From an uncultured Candidatus Saccharibacteria bacterium (lineage in GTDB: Bacteria; Patescibacteriota; Minisyncoccia; Phycocordibacterales; CAIZLB01): a stretch of DNA of 64,000 bases. The stretch covers positions 71,896-135,895 of the forward strand of contig CAYXQC010000001.1 of assembly GCA_964467385.1 (NCBI GenBank), given 5' to 3'. Below the pieces are notes generated by a model. The model was given only the letters and a program-made list of their open reading frames with translations. It was not told the DNA's origin and made no database searches. Positions 48,264 through 59,400 of this stretch are shown one piece after another (the stretch's first letter is position 1; each line of letters begins with the position of its first letter). The translations under genes and the position numbers were made by a program.

Positions 48264-51200
48264 ATGAAACCATCATTCAACACAAAACAGAAACATACGA
48301 TTGACGAATTTGATGCGGTTATTTTGAAGCTTGCTTCACCTGATCGAATCCGAGATTGGTCACATGGAGAAGTTACAAAGCCTGAGACGATGAACTATCG
48401 AACTCAGCGATCTGAAAAGAACGGTCTTTTCGATGAAAAAATCTTCGGTCCAGAACGAGATTACGAATGTTACTGTGGAAAATATAAAGGCATTCGATAT
48501 AAGGGAATTGTCTGTGAAAAATGTGGAGTAGAGCTCACACGATCAATCGTTCGACGAGAACGAATGGGTCATATTGAACTTTGTGTTCCTGTTGCTCACA
48601 TCTGGTACCTTCGAACTATGCCATCAAGAGTAGCTACTATTCTTGGTATGAACGCGGCTGAGATTGAAAAAGTAGTGTACTTTGCTGGTTACCTTATCAC
48701 TAAAGTAAATAAGGATAACAAAGCATCACTCCTCCAGGAACTCGACAACGAATACAAGAACAAAGTTAAATCTCTTCAGGATGAAAAATCAAAAGAAGCT
48801 CTTACTGAACTTCTTATGGGTGCAAAACGAGATATTGAAAGCATCACAGAAGGACGAGTACTTGATGAAGTTGAATATCACAAATTCTCATTGAAATACG
48901 GTACAGCTTTCGAAGCAAACATTGGTGCAGAAGCGGTATACGAAATTTTCAAAAATCTTGATACTAAAAAACTTCTTGCTGAACTTGAAGGTCAAATGCA
49001 GAAAGTTTCTGCAGCAGATCGAGAAAAACTTTTCCGACGAGTGAGCCTTCTTAAATCAATGTCACGATCAGGTATTCGACCTGAGTGGATGTTCATCAAT
49101 GCTCTTCCTGTTATTCCAGCAGCACTCCGACCTATGGTCGCCCTTGAAGGAGGTCGACATGCGACATCTGATGTGAACGATTTATATCGACGAGTAATCA
49201 ACCGAAACAATCGATTGAAGAAACTCAAAGAAATCAGCGCACCTGATGTAATTCTTCGAAACGAAAAGCGAATTCTCCAAGAAGCTGTTGATGCCCTTAT
49301 CGACAACTCAATTCGACACGGATCAACTGTGTACGCAGGTCTCAACATCGCACAGCGACGACCGCTCAAGTCTCTTGCTGACAACCTTAAGGGTAAGCGA
49401 GGTCTATTCCGACAGAATCTTCTCGGTAAGCGAGTAGACTATTCTGGACGATCTGTAATCGTAGTAGGTCCTGAACTCAAATTGAACCAGTGTGGTCTTC
49501 CAAAGCACATGGCACTTGAACTCTTCCGACCATTCGTTATTTCAGAACTCTTGAAGCGAGAAATGGCATTCAATATTCGAGGAGCATCACGACTTATCGA
49601 TGATGGTATTCCAGAGGTGTGGGCGATTCTTGAACAAGTGATTCAGAACAAGCGAGTACTCCTAAACCGTGCTCCGACACTTCACCGACTTTCTATTCAG
49701 GCTTTCAAACCTGTACTTATCGAAGGTAATGCTATCCAGGTACACCCACTCGTATGTTCACCATTCAACGCGGACTTCGACGGTGACACCATGGCCGTTC
49801 ACGTTCCACTTTCAGAAGAAGCTCAGAAAGAAGCTGAAATGATTATGGAATCTTCAAAGAACATCTTGAAACCTGGTTCTGGTGACTCAACAGTTACAAA
49901 GAAAATGCTCGACATCGTTCTTGGTTCATACTGGATGACAAAGAATGTGAAAGGCGAAGTGGGCGAAGGAAAAGTATTTGGTAGCCCAGAAGAGGCGATT
50001 ACTGCGCAAGCATATGGAATTGTTTCTTACCGAGCAGCTATCAAAGTTCGAACTCCAAAAGAAGGCGAACTTGCTACAAAATACAAAGAATTTGACGGAC
50101 AGATTATCGATACAACCGTTGGACGAATTCTTTTCAACAACTTGTTGCCACTCGATTACCCATTCATCAATAAAGAAATCACAAACTCTGTGATGAACTC
50201 TATTATGGATGACATTATTACGCACCGAACGCTTGAAAATGTGCACGAACTTATCGACGCCATCAAGGCATTCGGATTCAAGTACGTAACACAGTCTGGT
50301 GTCACATGGTCAATCGACGACATTAACGTTCCGGCAGGGAAAGAAACTCTTGTAGAAGCTGCAGCGAAGAAGTCAGAAGCAGTTATCAACGAGTACAACG
50401 ACGGTCTTCTTTCTGAAGAAGAAAAGACTCGAAAGAATGTTGAAATCTGGCAGGAAGCTAAGTCTGATGTTGAAAAACTCGTAGATCAAGCACTCGATAA
50501 TACGAGCCCTGTATACGACATGGTGAAGTCAGGTGCCCGAGGTACCATGGGTAACCTTACACAGATGGTAGGTATGAAAGGTTTGATCTCAAACGCGCAA
50601 GGTGAAACGATCGAACTTCCTATTACTTCATCATTCAAAGAAGGTCTTACACCGATTGAATACTTCATTACAACTCACGGTGCGCGAAAAGGTATGACGG
50701 ACACAGCCCTAAACACGGCGCGAGCGGGTTACCTTACACGACGACTCTTCGTAGTTGCGCAAAGCGTAATGATTACAGAAGAAGATTGTGGATCAAAGGA
50801 AGGTGTTGTTATTCACAAAGTCGGTGCGTCTGGAATCACAACTTCACTCGTTAAAAGCGTTACAGGACGAATCCTTTCAAAAGATCTCGTTGATGGTACA
50901 GGTACAGTTCTCTTCAAAAAAGACCACCTTGTAACAAAAGATGATGCCGGCGTGATGGAAAAATCAGGCATCAACGAAGTGTGGGTACGATCACCACTTA
51001 CATGTAAAACTGAGCAGGGTATCTGTACACAGTGTTATGGATATGACCTCGGACGAAACAAGCTCGTTGAAGTGGGTGAAGCGGTCGGAACTGTAGCCGC
51101 ACAGGCGATTGGTGAACCAGGTACTCAGCTTACAATGCGTACATTCCACGCCGGAGGTGTAGCGACAGTAGGTGGAGACATTACAGCCGGTCTTCCTCGA

Positions 51201-51974
51201 GTAGAAGAAATCTTCGACAACCGAACTCCAAAGAATCCTGCAATCATCGCTGGCTTTGACGGTGTGATTACAGATATCAAGGAAGTAAACAAAGAACGAG
51301 TTATCAAACTTCTTCCAGATGTTCCGACAAAATCTAAGAAGGGTAGCGAAGTAGAATATGTATTCCACTACGCTCGAACTCCGATTGTGAAAATGGGTCA
51401 GCATGTGTCAAAGGGCGATTTCCTCACTGATGGTTCTGCCGATCTCGAAGAACTCTTCCAGCTTGGTGGTAAAGAACGAGCTCAGGAATACATCATTGCT
51501 GAAGCGAAGAAAATTTACGAACTTCAGGGTGAAAACGTTTCTCGAAAGCACCTCGAAGTAGTTGTGCGAGAAATGTTCGGCCGAGTACGAGTTACAGAAG
51601 CTGGAGATTCTCCATTCGCAGTCGGTGACTATGTTGAAAAGTTTGAATTCGATCAGGCTAATCGACGGGTGAAGATAGATGGCGGTCTCGAGGCAAAAGC
51701 TTCACCAGTTGTCATGGGTATTGCAGAAGCATCACTTAACCGAAGAAGCTTCCTTTCAGCTGCTTCATTCCAACACACAAACCGAATGCTCATATCTGCA
51801 TCTGTAAAAGCAAACAAAGATCCACTCTACGGTATTATGGAAAACGTAATCATCGGACGATTGATCCCGGCTGGTACAGGTTTCAAGGGAAGCAAAAAGT
51901 ACGAAATGATTGAAGAATTCAAGGCTGAAACTATGGCCGAGGATGCATTGTCATCTGGCGAAGTGGTGGCATAA
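48264..51974 (+). CDS. rpoC: DNA-directed RNA polymerase subunit beta'
   Basis: Zn-finger CxxC N-terminus and catalytic NADFDGD motif; 1236 aa. Confidence 0.97.
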   Translation: MKPSFNTKQKHTIDEFDAVILKLASPDRIRDWSHGEVTKPETMNYRTQRSEKNGLFDEKIFGPERDYECYCGKYKGIRYKGIVCEKCGVELTRSIVRRERMGHIELCVPVAHIWYLRTMPSRVATILGMNAAEIEKVVYFAGYLITKVNKDNKASLLQELDNEYKNKVKSLQDEKSKEALTELLMGAKRDIESITEGRVLDEVEYHKFSLKYGTAFEANIGAEAVYEIFKNLDTKKLLAELEGQMQKVSAADREKLFRRVSLLKSMSRSGIRPEWMFINALPVIPAALRPMVALEGGRHATSDVNDLYRRVINRNNRLKKLKEISAPDVILRNEKRILQEAVDALIDNSIRHGSTVYAGLNIAQRRPLKSLADNLKGKRGLFRQNLLGKRVDYSGRSVIVVGPELKLNQCGLPKHMALELFRPFVISELLKREMAFNIRGASRLIDDGIPEVWAILEQVIQNKRVLLNRAPTLHRLSIQAFKPVLIEGNAIQVHPLVCSPFNADFDGDTMAVHVPLSEEAQKEAEMIMESSKNILKPGSGDSTVTKKMLDIVLGSYWMTKNVKGEVGEGKVFGSPEEAITAQAYGIVSYRAAIKVRTPKEGELATKYKEFDGQIIDTTVGRILFNNLLPLDYPFINKEITNSVMNSIMDDIITHRTLENVHELIDAIKAFGFKYVTQSGVTWSIDDINVPAGKETLVEAAAKKSEAVINEYNDGLLSEEEKTRKNVEIWQEAKSDVEKLVDQALDNTSPVYDMVKSGARGTMGNLTQMVGMKGLISNAQGETIELPITSSFKEGLTPIEYFITTHGARKGMTDTALNTARAGYLTRRLFVVAQSVMITEEDCGSKEGVVIHKVGASGITTSLVKSVTGRILSKDLVDGTGTVLFKKDHLVTKDDAGVMEKSGINEVWVRSPLTCKTEQGICTQCYGYDLGRNKLVEVGEAVGTVAAQAIGEPGTQLTMRTFHAGGVATVGGDITAGLPRVEEIFDNRTPKNPAIIAGFDGVITDIKEVNKERVIKLLPDVPTKSKKGSEVEYVFHYARTPIVKMGQHVSKGDFLTDGSADLEELFQLGGKERAQEYIIAEAKKIYELQGENVSRKHLEVVVREMFGRVRVTEAGDSPFAVGDYVEKFEFDQANRRVKIDGGLEAKASPVVMGIAEASLNRRSFLSAASFQHTNRMLISASVKANKDPLYGIMENVIIGRLIPAGTGFKGSKKYEMIEEFKAETMAEDALSSGEVVA

Positions 51975-52170
51975 AGTTTGTCGGATTGAGCAATTGCAGA
52001 TTGCGCGCGAGCGCAAAATGATGGGCGCGGGAATGGTCGCAAAATCTAGTCCAGGTACTACGGTCGAATACGGAAATATTTCGCAAAAGAACACAAATTA
52101 ATGCGAAAATTTTAAAAAATATTCGGCCGGTGAGCGTGAACTAGATAAATAATTTACACATATACAAAGA

Positions 52171-53961
52171 ATGTCATCAGCAACTGAAACAATCAAAGAT
52201 CGGCTCGGGATTGTAGAAGTGGTAAGTTCGTATATGAAAATTGATAAGGCTGGCACCAACTACAAGGGCCGGTGTCCTTTTCATCATGAAAAAACGCCGT
52301 CATTTTTTGTATCGCCTGCGCGAAATAGTTATTATTGTTTCGGTTGCGGCGCGAAGGGTGATATTTTTTCATTTGTGCAGGAGTTCGAAAAAGTTGATTT
52401 TCTTGGCTCATTGAAGTTACTTGCAGAAAGAGCTGGTGTTGAGCTTGAACAATTCCGTACCAATAATGGCCAAAAAAGTGAATCGGACCGGCTATATGCA
52501 GTGCTCGAAAAATCTGCTGAATTTTATACTGCAAATTTACTGCGCAATAAAAAAGCTTTGGAATATCTTCACGGTCGAGGTCTTTCAGATAAGATGATTT
52601 CTGATTGGCGAATTGGCTACGCCGAAAATGAATGGCGAAAACTGCATGACATGATGGGTACTAAAAATGTTTCTGATGAAGATATGGAAAAAGTCGGGCT
52701 TATTAAGCGGTCGGAGAAAGAAGTGCCGGGTCGGAGTGTTTCTTTTTATGATCGATTTCGAGCGCGGATCATGTTCCCGCTCTTTGACGCATCGTCGAGA
52801 GTGATTGGATATTCAGGACGAATTTTTGGTGTGCCAGATAGTGAAGGTCCAAAATATTTGAATAGTCCAGATACGCCACTTTTCAACAAATCAGAAATTT
52901 TATACGGCTATCATAAAGCCAAAGAGGGAATTCGCGAGTGGCGATATGCCATCCTTGTAGAAGGTCAAATGGATCTTTTGATGTGTCATCAGCATGGCTT
53001 TACAAATACAGTGGCCACATCAGGTACTTCACTTACGATTCAGCACCTTGAAAAATTAAAGAAAATATCAGATAATCTTATGTTAGTCTATGATGCTGAC
53101 AAAGCGGGACTCAAAGCTACGCTTCGAGCTTGGACTTCAGCTTTGTCGCTTGGTATGGATGTAAAAGTCGCTTCGCTTCCGGCTGGTGAAGACCCTGCAT
53201 CACTTCTTTTGAAAGACAAAGAAGCGTTCAAACAAGCGATTAAACACTCTAAGCACATTATTGATTACTATATCGACATCTTGCTCAAAGAAAATCTTCC
53301 AGAGATTGCCTTCAAGCGAGCAGTCGAAAAAGAAGTATTGCCATATATCGCTGTCATCGACAGTGCTATAGAGCGATCCAATTTCATATCAAAAGTTAGT
53401 CTTAAAACCGGCATATACGAGTCGGATATTCGCGAACAATTAGAAAAAATCAGCGTCAATGGCATCAAGGGTAACAACAGCAATGGCGCTTCAAAATTTG
53501 ATGAAAACAGTACGGCAAAAAGTCATAATCTTCAGGCCGAGTCAGGTACATACAATTTACATATTTCAAAAACATCAACTCCATACAAAGGAGATATCGT
53601 GCTTCGCAGATTAGTCGGATTGGCAATCTGGAAAAAAGATAGGGAAATTATCGAAAAAATAAAACACATCGTATCGCTGGAAGAATATGAGCGAGCGAAA
53701 CAGGATTTTGATTCGCCGCCGGAAGATCTGGTGTTCGAAGCGGAAATGCTCTTCGAGGGAAGTAAGAAAATAGATAAAGATATCGAAGAATTACTTCAAG
53801 AGCTCGAAGAAAGGACACTGAAAGATACTTTATCGAGAGCTATGGCAGATCTCAATCTAGCAGAGAAGAAAAAAGATAAAGCTAAATCAGAGGAGTTGAT
53901 ACGGTTATGTCAGGAAATTTCAATCAAGTTGTCAGAATTGAATCGGAAGAAACAGAATTAG
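52171..53961 (+). CDS. dnaG: DNA primase
   Basis: Zinc-ribbon CPFHHEKTPSF...CFGCG and a TOPRIM domain (EGQMDLL, DADKAG). Confidence 0.9.
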   Translation: MSSATETIKDRLGIVEVVSSYMKIDKAGTNYKGRCPFHHEKTPSFFVSPARNSYYCFGCGAKGDIFSFVQEFEKVDFLGSLKLLAERAGVELEQFRTNNGQKSESDRLYAVLEKSAEFYTANLLRNKKALEYLHGRGLSDKMISDWRIGYAENEWRKLHDMMGTKNVSDEDMEKVGLIKRSEKEVPGRSVSFYDRFRARIMFPLFDASSRVIGYSGRIFGVPDSEGPKYLNSPDTPLFNKSEILYGYHKAKEGIREWRYAILVEGQMDLLMCHQHGFTNTVATSGTSLTIQHLEKLKKISDNLMLVYDADKAGLKATLRAWTSALSLGMDVKVASLPAGEDPASLLLKDKEAFKQAIKHSKHIIDYYIDILLKENLPEIAFKRAVEKEVLPYIAVIDSAIERSNFISKVSLKTGIYESDIREQLEKISVNGIKGNNSNGASKFDENSTAKSHNLQAESGTYNLHISKTSTPYKGDIVLRRLVGLAIWKKDREIIEKIKHIVSLEEYERAKQDFDSPPEDLVFEAEMLFEGSKKIDKDIEELLQELEERTLKDTLSRAMADLNLAEKKKDKAKSEELIRLCQEISIKLSELNRKKQN

Positions 53962-54048
53962 CGGGTGAGTAGCAAGTAAAATCAAGGCTACAAAGTAGCT
54001 AGAGAAAATTAAAAATTTATTAAAATTATAAAAAAGAATTCGTTACAT

Positions 54049-55353
54049 TTGTCACAAAATAAAATGAAAACAAAACAACCTATAAAAAAGAAAGCTCATA
54101 AGCCAACAGCAAAAGTGTCTAAAAAACCTGCACATAAATCTGTGCCAAAGAATTCTAAACCAGTTAAAAAAACTGCAAAACCTGCTCAGAAAAAAGTTGC
54201 TAAAACTACCGCAAAAGGTAGTGTACAACCGGTGAAAAAGTCTGGCCCACTTACACCAGCGTTGCCACCAAAAAAGAGCAAGGAAGAAATGGCTTGGGAT
54301 TTGAAAGCGAATGTGCTTCTTCAGCGAGGTAAAGATAGGGGTTTTGTGACATACGATGAGATTTTAAAAGAATTTCCAAACATCGAGCTTGATGTGATGT
54401 TTTTGGATTATTTGTATGAAAAATTTTCTACAGCCGGCATCGATATTCTTGAAGGAGGAGGGTTACTTGATTTCAAACAGGAAGAAGAGGATATGCTCAA
54501 GAAATACAGCAAGAGTGATTCTACATATGACTCTATCCAGATGTATTTGAAAGAAATTGGTCAGTATCCTTTGATTGGTGCGCAAGAAGAAAAAGAATTG
54601 GCAAAGCGAATTCAGGCTGGAGACCTAGAAGCAAAAGGTCTTCTTGCAAAAGCGAATCTTCGACTTGTAGTTTCTATTGCTAAAAAATATGCCAATCGAA
54701 GTCCTGACCTTACGCTCCTTGACTTGATTCAGGAAGGTAATCTTGGTCTCTTTAAAGCCGTGGATAAATTCGACTGGTCAAAAGGTTTCAAGTTTTCAAC
54801 ATATGCTACATGGTGGATTCGACAGTCGATCACTCGAGCGCTCGCGGATCAATCACGAACTATTCGAGTTCCAGTTCACATGGTAGAAACGATTGCTAAA
54901 TACAAGCAGGTCGTTCGACGATTGTTCCAAGACCTTGGACGAGAACCACTTCCTGAAGAAATCGCAACAGAAATGGGGCTCGATGTTGATAAAATTTATA
55001 CAATCGAAAAAATCGATCAGAACACGGTGTCACTCGATACTCCTGTGAATGAAGACGATGATAAAGCTTCTGCATTTGGTGACTTTATCGCAGATGATAA
55101 AATCCTTTCTCCAGATCAGGAATCTTCACGGAGAATTCTTGCCGATCAAGTTCAGGAAATCCTCGGCGATCTTTCAGAAAAGGAGCGAGAAATTCTCGCG
55201 CTCCGACATGGCCTCAATGATGGTATCCAACACACACTCGAAGAAGTAGGGAAGATGTTCGGTGTAACTCGAGAGCGAATTCGACAAATTGAAGCCAAGG
55301 CTCATGAAAAAATAAGACAGCATGAGAAGGTAAATCGCCTCAAAAATTACTAA
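54049..55353 (+). CDS. rpoD: RNA polymerase sigma-70 factor with Lys/Ala/Pro-rich N-terminal tail
   Basis: Regions 2-4 present ([52 protein letters not shown]). The first about 75 aa are KKxAxKP repeats. Confidence 0.92.
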   Translation: MSQNKMKTKQPIKKKAHKPTAKVSKKPAHKSVPKNSKPVKKTAKPAQKKVAKTTAKGSVQPVKKSGPLTPALPPKKSKEEMAWDLKANVLLQRGKDRGFVTYDEILKEFPNIELDVMFLDYLYEKFSTAGIDILEGGGLLDFKQEEEDMLKKYSKSDSTYDSIQMYLKEIGQYPLIGAQEEKELAKRIQAGDLEAKGLLAKANLRLVVSIAKKYANRSPDLTLLDLIQEGNLGLFKAVDKFDWSKGFKFSTYATWWIRQSITRALADQSRTIRVPVHMVETIAKYKQVVRRLFQDLGREPLPEEIATEMGLDVDKIYTIEKIDQNTVSLDTPVNEDDDKASAFGDFIADDKILSPDQESSRRILADQVQEILGDLSEKEREILALRHGLNDGIQHTLEEVGKMFGVTRERIRQIEAKAHEKIRQHEKVNRLKNY

Positions 55354-55359
55354 TTCCTC

Positions 55360-55447
55360 GTTCACAAATACTACTCCTACGTGTTCTGGCCTGCTGACCA
55401 GCCACTCTGCTCGGGGCATAACCCCTGTGCAAGGGAGTAGTATTTGT
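55360..55447 (+). promoter_or_regulatory. large structured element directly after the rpoD stop (14-bp perfect stem enclosing two sub-hairpins)
   Basis: acaaatactactcc (55364-77) pairs with ggagtagtatttgt (55434-47). The loop contains ctgg..ccag and gggg-cataa-cccc hairpins. Confidence 0.4.
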
Positions 55448-55485
55448 TCATTCTGAATTAATAATTTTCGCCGTTAGAAAAGAAC

Positions 55486-55527
55486 AAATTAAAAACCCCG
55501 CGAAGCTTTTTTAGGCTAAGCGGGGTT
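55486..55527 (-). terminator. putative terminator of the 55554-56333 minus-strand gene
   Basis: aaccccgc/gcggggtt stem followed by a T-run on the minus strand; the loop is large at 18 nt. Confidence 0.4.
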
Positions 55528-55553
55528 TGTGGTGTCATTTCATGAGCTGTGCT

Positions 55554-56333
55554 TTACCAATCGGAGTCATCATTTCGTCGATCGGTATGTAAGCATTGTC
55601 TTATTGCAAACCAAGACGCACTCTCTTTTGTAATAATGAAAGAGAATATGAGGGTTAAAAGATACGCGATGGTTTCTCTGCCGTTTTCCCAGATGAAATT
55701 CAACATGCGTGTATAAAGCAGATCAAGTACGAGAATTATCATCCCATACAGAATCGTGAATACTACTTTACCTTCTCGGGTTCGCTTTTCTCGCGGAGCG
55801 TGACATGAAGGTATCGATGCTACGCAAAATCCAAGATAAAAGAGCGTGAACGGTACAACCTGGCTAAGATTCATGGTTATGAATTTCGGCAAAGCTGGCA
55901 TTGGATCGAATTGCGCTGCAATAAAAAAAGGAAGACAGAGTAGCCAGAGTACTTTCTCGGATAGATCCGGTGCTAGGCCATGCTTGTTCAGTATGAGTCG
56001 ATCTTCCATGTACAAAACTTGGCGATAATGTGCGAGCTTTGCAATGAAATAGCAGTACATCATTTTGAATACCAGCAGTACGATGCAAATGTTAAAAGCG
56101 CGTACAGCTGATTCTGTATCATTCATTTCGTAGATTTTCAAACATGTTCCAGTGAAAGACTTGAAAGTCAGCACGGCAGAAAAATGCATGATCACAACAG
56201 TAACGAATGCTGGCGTGAATCCAAATCGCCATTCAATTGATTTGATGAGTGGTCTCAAAATCTTCGTAACAAAAACCTGATCAGCCCAGATAATGAGTGA
56301 TGCGACAATGTCAAAAAGTCTGAAAATGTTCAT
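55554..56333 (-). CDS. hypothetical polytopic membrane protein
   Basis: About 7 TM helices; no confident family assignment. Confidence 0.5.
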   Translation of the reverse strand: MNIFRLFDIVASLIIWADQVFVTKILRPLIKSIEWRFGFTPAFVTVVIMHFSAVLTFKSFTGTCLKIYEMNDTESAVRAFNICIVLLVFKMMYCYFIAKLAHYRQVLYMEDRLILNKHGLAPDLSEKVLWLLCLPFFIAAQFDPMPALPKFITMNLSQVVPFTLFYLGFCVASIPSCHAPREKRTREGKVVFTILYGMIILVLDLLYTRMLNFIWENGRETIAYLLTLIFSFIITKESASWFAIRQCLHTDRRNDDSDW

Positions 56334-56465
56334 ATAAAGCGGGAGGTTTGTTGTTGTAAAAGGGTAAGCGTTGTGCCAACCCGAACTGCGCTGTGGGCAA
56401 TATAAACATTAAAAATTAAAACAGTCAATCCAACAGAAATCAGTCAAACTTGTATACTTACATAC

Positions 56466-59400
56466 ATGAAAACTGGCTCAAAAAGTTCTCAAAAATCAGC
56501 TCCAAGTTCAACATCCGCGCACACAACGGGTGACGCTTCAAAATTGCAATTCCAAACACGCTATAAAAAGCTAAATTCGGCCCAGAAACAGGCCGTAGAC
56601 ACCATAGATGGTCCACTTCTTGTAGTTGCGGGTCCAGGCTCAGGAAAGACCGAAATTTTGAGCCTCAGAGTGGCTCGTATTCTCCAGGAAACTCAAGCTT
56701 TGCCGTCTAACATTTTGTGCCTTACTTTTACCGATTCTGCCTCAGTGAACATGCGAGATCGACTGTCTAGGCTCATCGGTCAAGAAGCGTATAGGGTAGC
56801 TATTCATACTTTCCACTCATTTGCAGTTGATATTATCCAAAAGTACCCTGAGTTCTTTTATAAGGGTGCGATTTTTACGCCAGTTGATCCAGTTACAAAG
56901 ATTGGTATCTTGCAGGAAATTTTTGAAGCACTGCCACATGCAAATCCACTCTCGGCATCACATCCAGAGCAGGGTTTTGTGTATTTGACTGATATTTCAC
57001 AGCTCATTGGAAATCTAAAAAAAGCCGGTATCTCTGAAGATGAATTTGAACAGATACTTTCGCAAAATGAAAGTGATGCAAAATTTGTAAATGAGACTTT
57101 GTCGCCGATTGTTGAAAAGAGATTGAGTGATGCAGTTGTTGCTGAACTCGAACAGGCGCGTCTAGAAATCCTCAAAAAAGATGTCGAGCAAAATGCCGCA
57201 CAGAATGCACACAAAACGGCGCGAAAAAATTCAGAACAGAATGAGGAAAACCTTGCGCAGACAACCGGTATACCATCGTTGTTAAAAACGATTGCACTTA
57301 ATCTTGAGGAAGCTTTGATTCGGCGTGCTGAACTCGAAAAAAATGAACCAATTTCAAAATGGAAAGAAAAATGGTTTAAGAAAGATGATTATAACCAAAA
57401 AGTCTTTCGTGATATATTGTCGCAGGAAAAATTGCGGGCTGCAGCACAGATTTATAGAGAATATCGACGCATTATGCATGAGCGATGTTTGTTTGACTTT
57501 GATGACATGATTCTTGATTTGATTTCGGCTATCGAACATAATCCGCGATTGAAGTACGACTTGCAGGAACAATATCAATATATTTTAGTGGATGAATTTC
57601 AAGATACAAACAGTGCACAAATGCGAATTGTAAAAGCGGTGGCTGATTCTCCGGTCAACGAAGGTCGACCGAACATTATGGTAGTAGGTGATGATGATCA
57701 GGCGGTTTACAAATTCCAGGGTGCTGAACTTTCAAATATTCTCAATTTTAAAACTATTTTTAATGATGTTGCTACTGTAAATATGACTGAGAATTATCGT
57801 TCGACTCAGGATATTCTTGATATTGCTATGCATGTGATTAAAAAGGGGGAACGTCGTCTGGAAAATCTTGTTCCAGAGCTACGAAAAACGCTTATTTCCT
57901 CAAATCCGGAAATCAAGAACGGATCAATTTTTCATAAAGTTTTTGATACAAGTCTTCATGAATTTCACTATATATCAAGGCGAATCAAGGCACTTATCGA
58001 GTCTGGTATAAAACCGTCGGAAATTGCTGTGATTGCAAGAAAGCACCGTCAGCTCGAATCTCTGGTACCGTTTCTTCAGGGCGCTGGCGTTCCTATCAAA
58101 TATGAGCGTGAGCAAAATGTTCTCGAACAGCCTCATATTGTGCAACTCATCACTATGGCTCGTTTTGTCTATTCTTTGGTCAATAAAAACATGATCGAAG
58201 GTGATGAATATTTACCAAAGATTCTAGCCTTTCCATTTTGGCAATTACCGCGGATGACTGTCTGGAACATTTCACGAAGTGCGTATAAAGAACGGAAGAC
58301 ATGGCTCGAATGCATGCTCGAAAATCCTGATACAAAAGCTATTGCAGAATTTTTCATAGACCTTGGTGAGCGTGCGACACATGAGCCACTTGAAAGTATT
58401 TTGGATAGTATCATTGGCGCACATGTGCAGTTGGTACAAGAATCTGAAGATGAAGAAATTGGTGATTCAGATTCTGCAGAAAATGGTGACGTCGAAAATC
58501 GCGATGCAAAAAATATTGATGCAAAAAAAATCGACCTAACAAATTCGAGCGAAAAATTCTCAAGTCCATTCAAGTCATATTATTTCAGTAAAAAAAGATT
58601 TCAACATGCACGTGCGGAATACCTCTCATTTTTGTCGAGTCTTCGAGTGTTTGTAAGAGCGCTTCGTGAATATAAAGGCAAGAGTGGCGCACGAGAGTAT
58701 TTGTATATAAGCGATTTAGTGGATTTTGTAGATATTCATGAAAAAAATAATATTGCCCTGAATGACATGAGTCCGTTTGCGAATGCAACTGATGCGGTAA
58801 ATCTTTTGTCGGCACATAAAGCTAAAGGACTCGAGTTCGATACGGTTTTTGTATTGTCATGTACTGATGAAATCTGGTCCGGCCGAGCACTTCCTCGAAA
58901 AATAGTTCTACCGGCAAATCTTCAAATCGAACCGGCAGGCGATACAGAAGATGATCAACTTCGACTCTTCTATGTTGCACTCACTCGTGCAAAGCGAAAT
59001 CTGTATCTCACTTCGTATACCTCAAAAGATGATGGTAAAGAATCTGCACGACTTCGATTTTTGACTACAGATACGACTGAAATGACAGGCTCTGATCAGA
59101 AACTTGAAAGTGATATTTTGCGTAAGCTATATGATCCTGAAAAAGGTGATGAGGAAACATTCGCATCATCTTACACACCAGAGACGCACGAGCTTTTGAC
59201 AGCTTCTTGGACCAAATACTATATGCCACCATTTCTCGGCGAAGAAGAATCACTCCTCAAATCTCTCCTTGAAAATTATCAACTTTCTGTGACGCATCTC
59301 AATAACTATCTAAATGTTGCAAAGGAGAGAGGTGGGCCGCAGCTTTTCCTTGAGCAAAATCTTTTGCGTTTTCCTCAGGCGAAGACTCCGTCTGGTGCAT

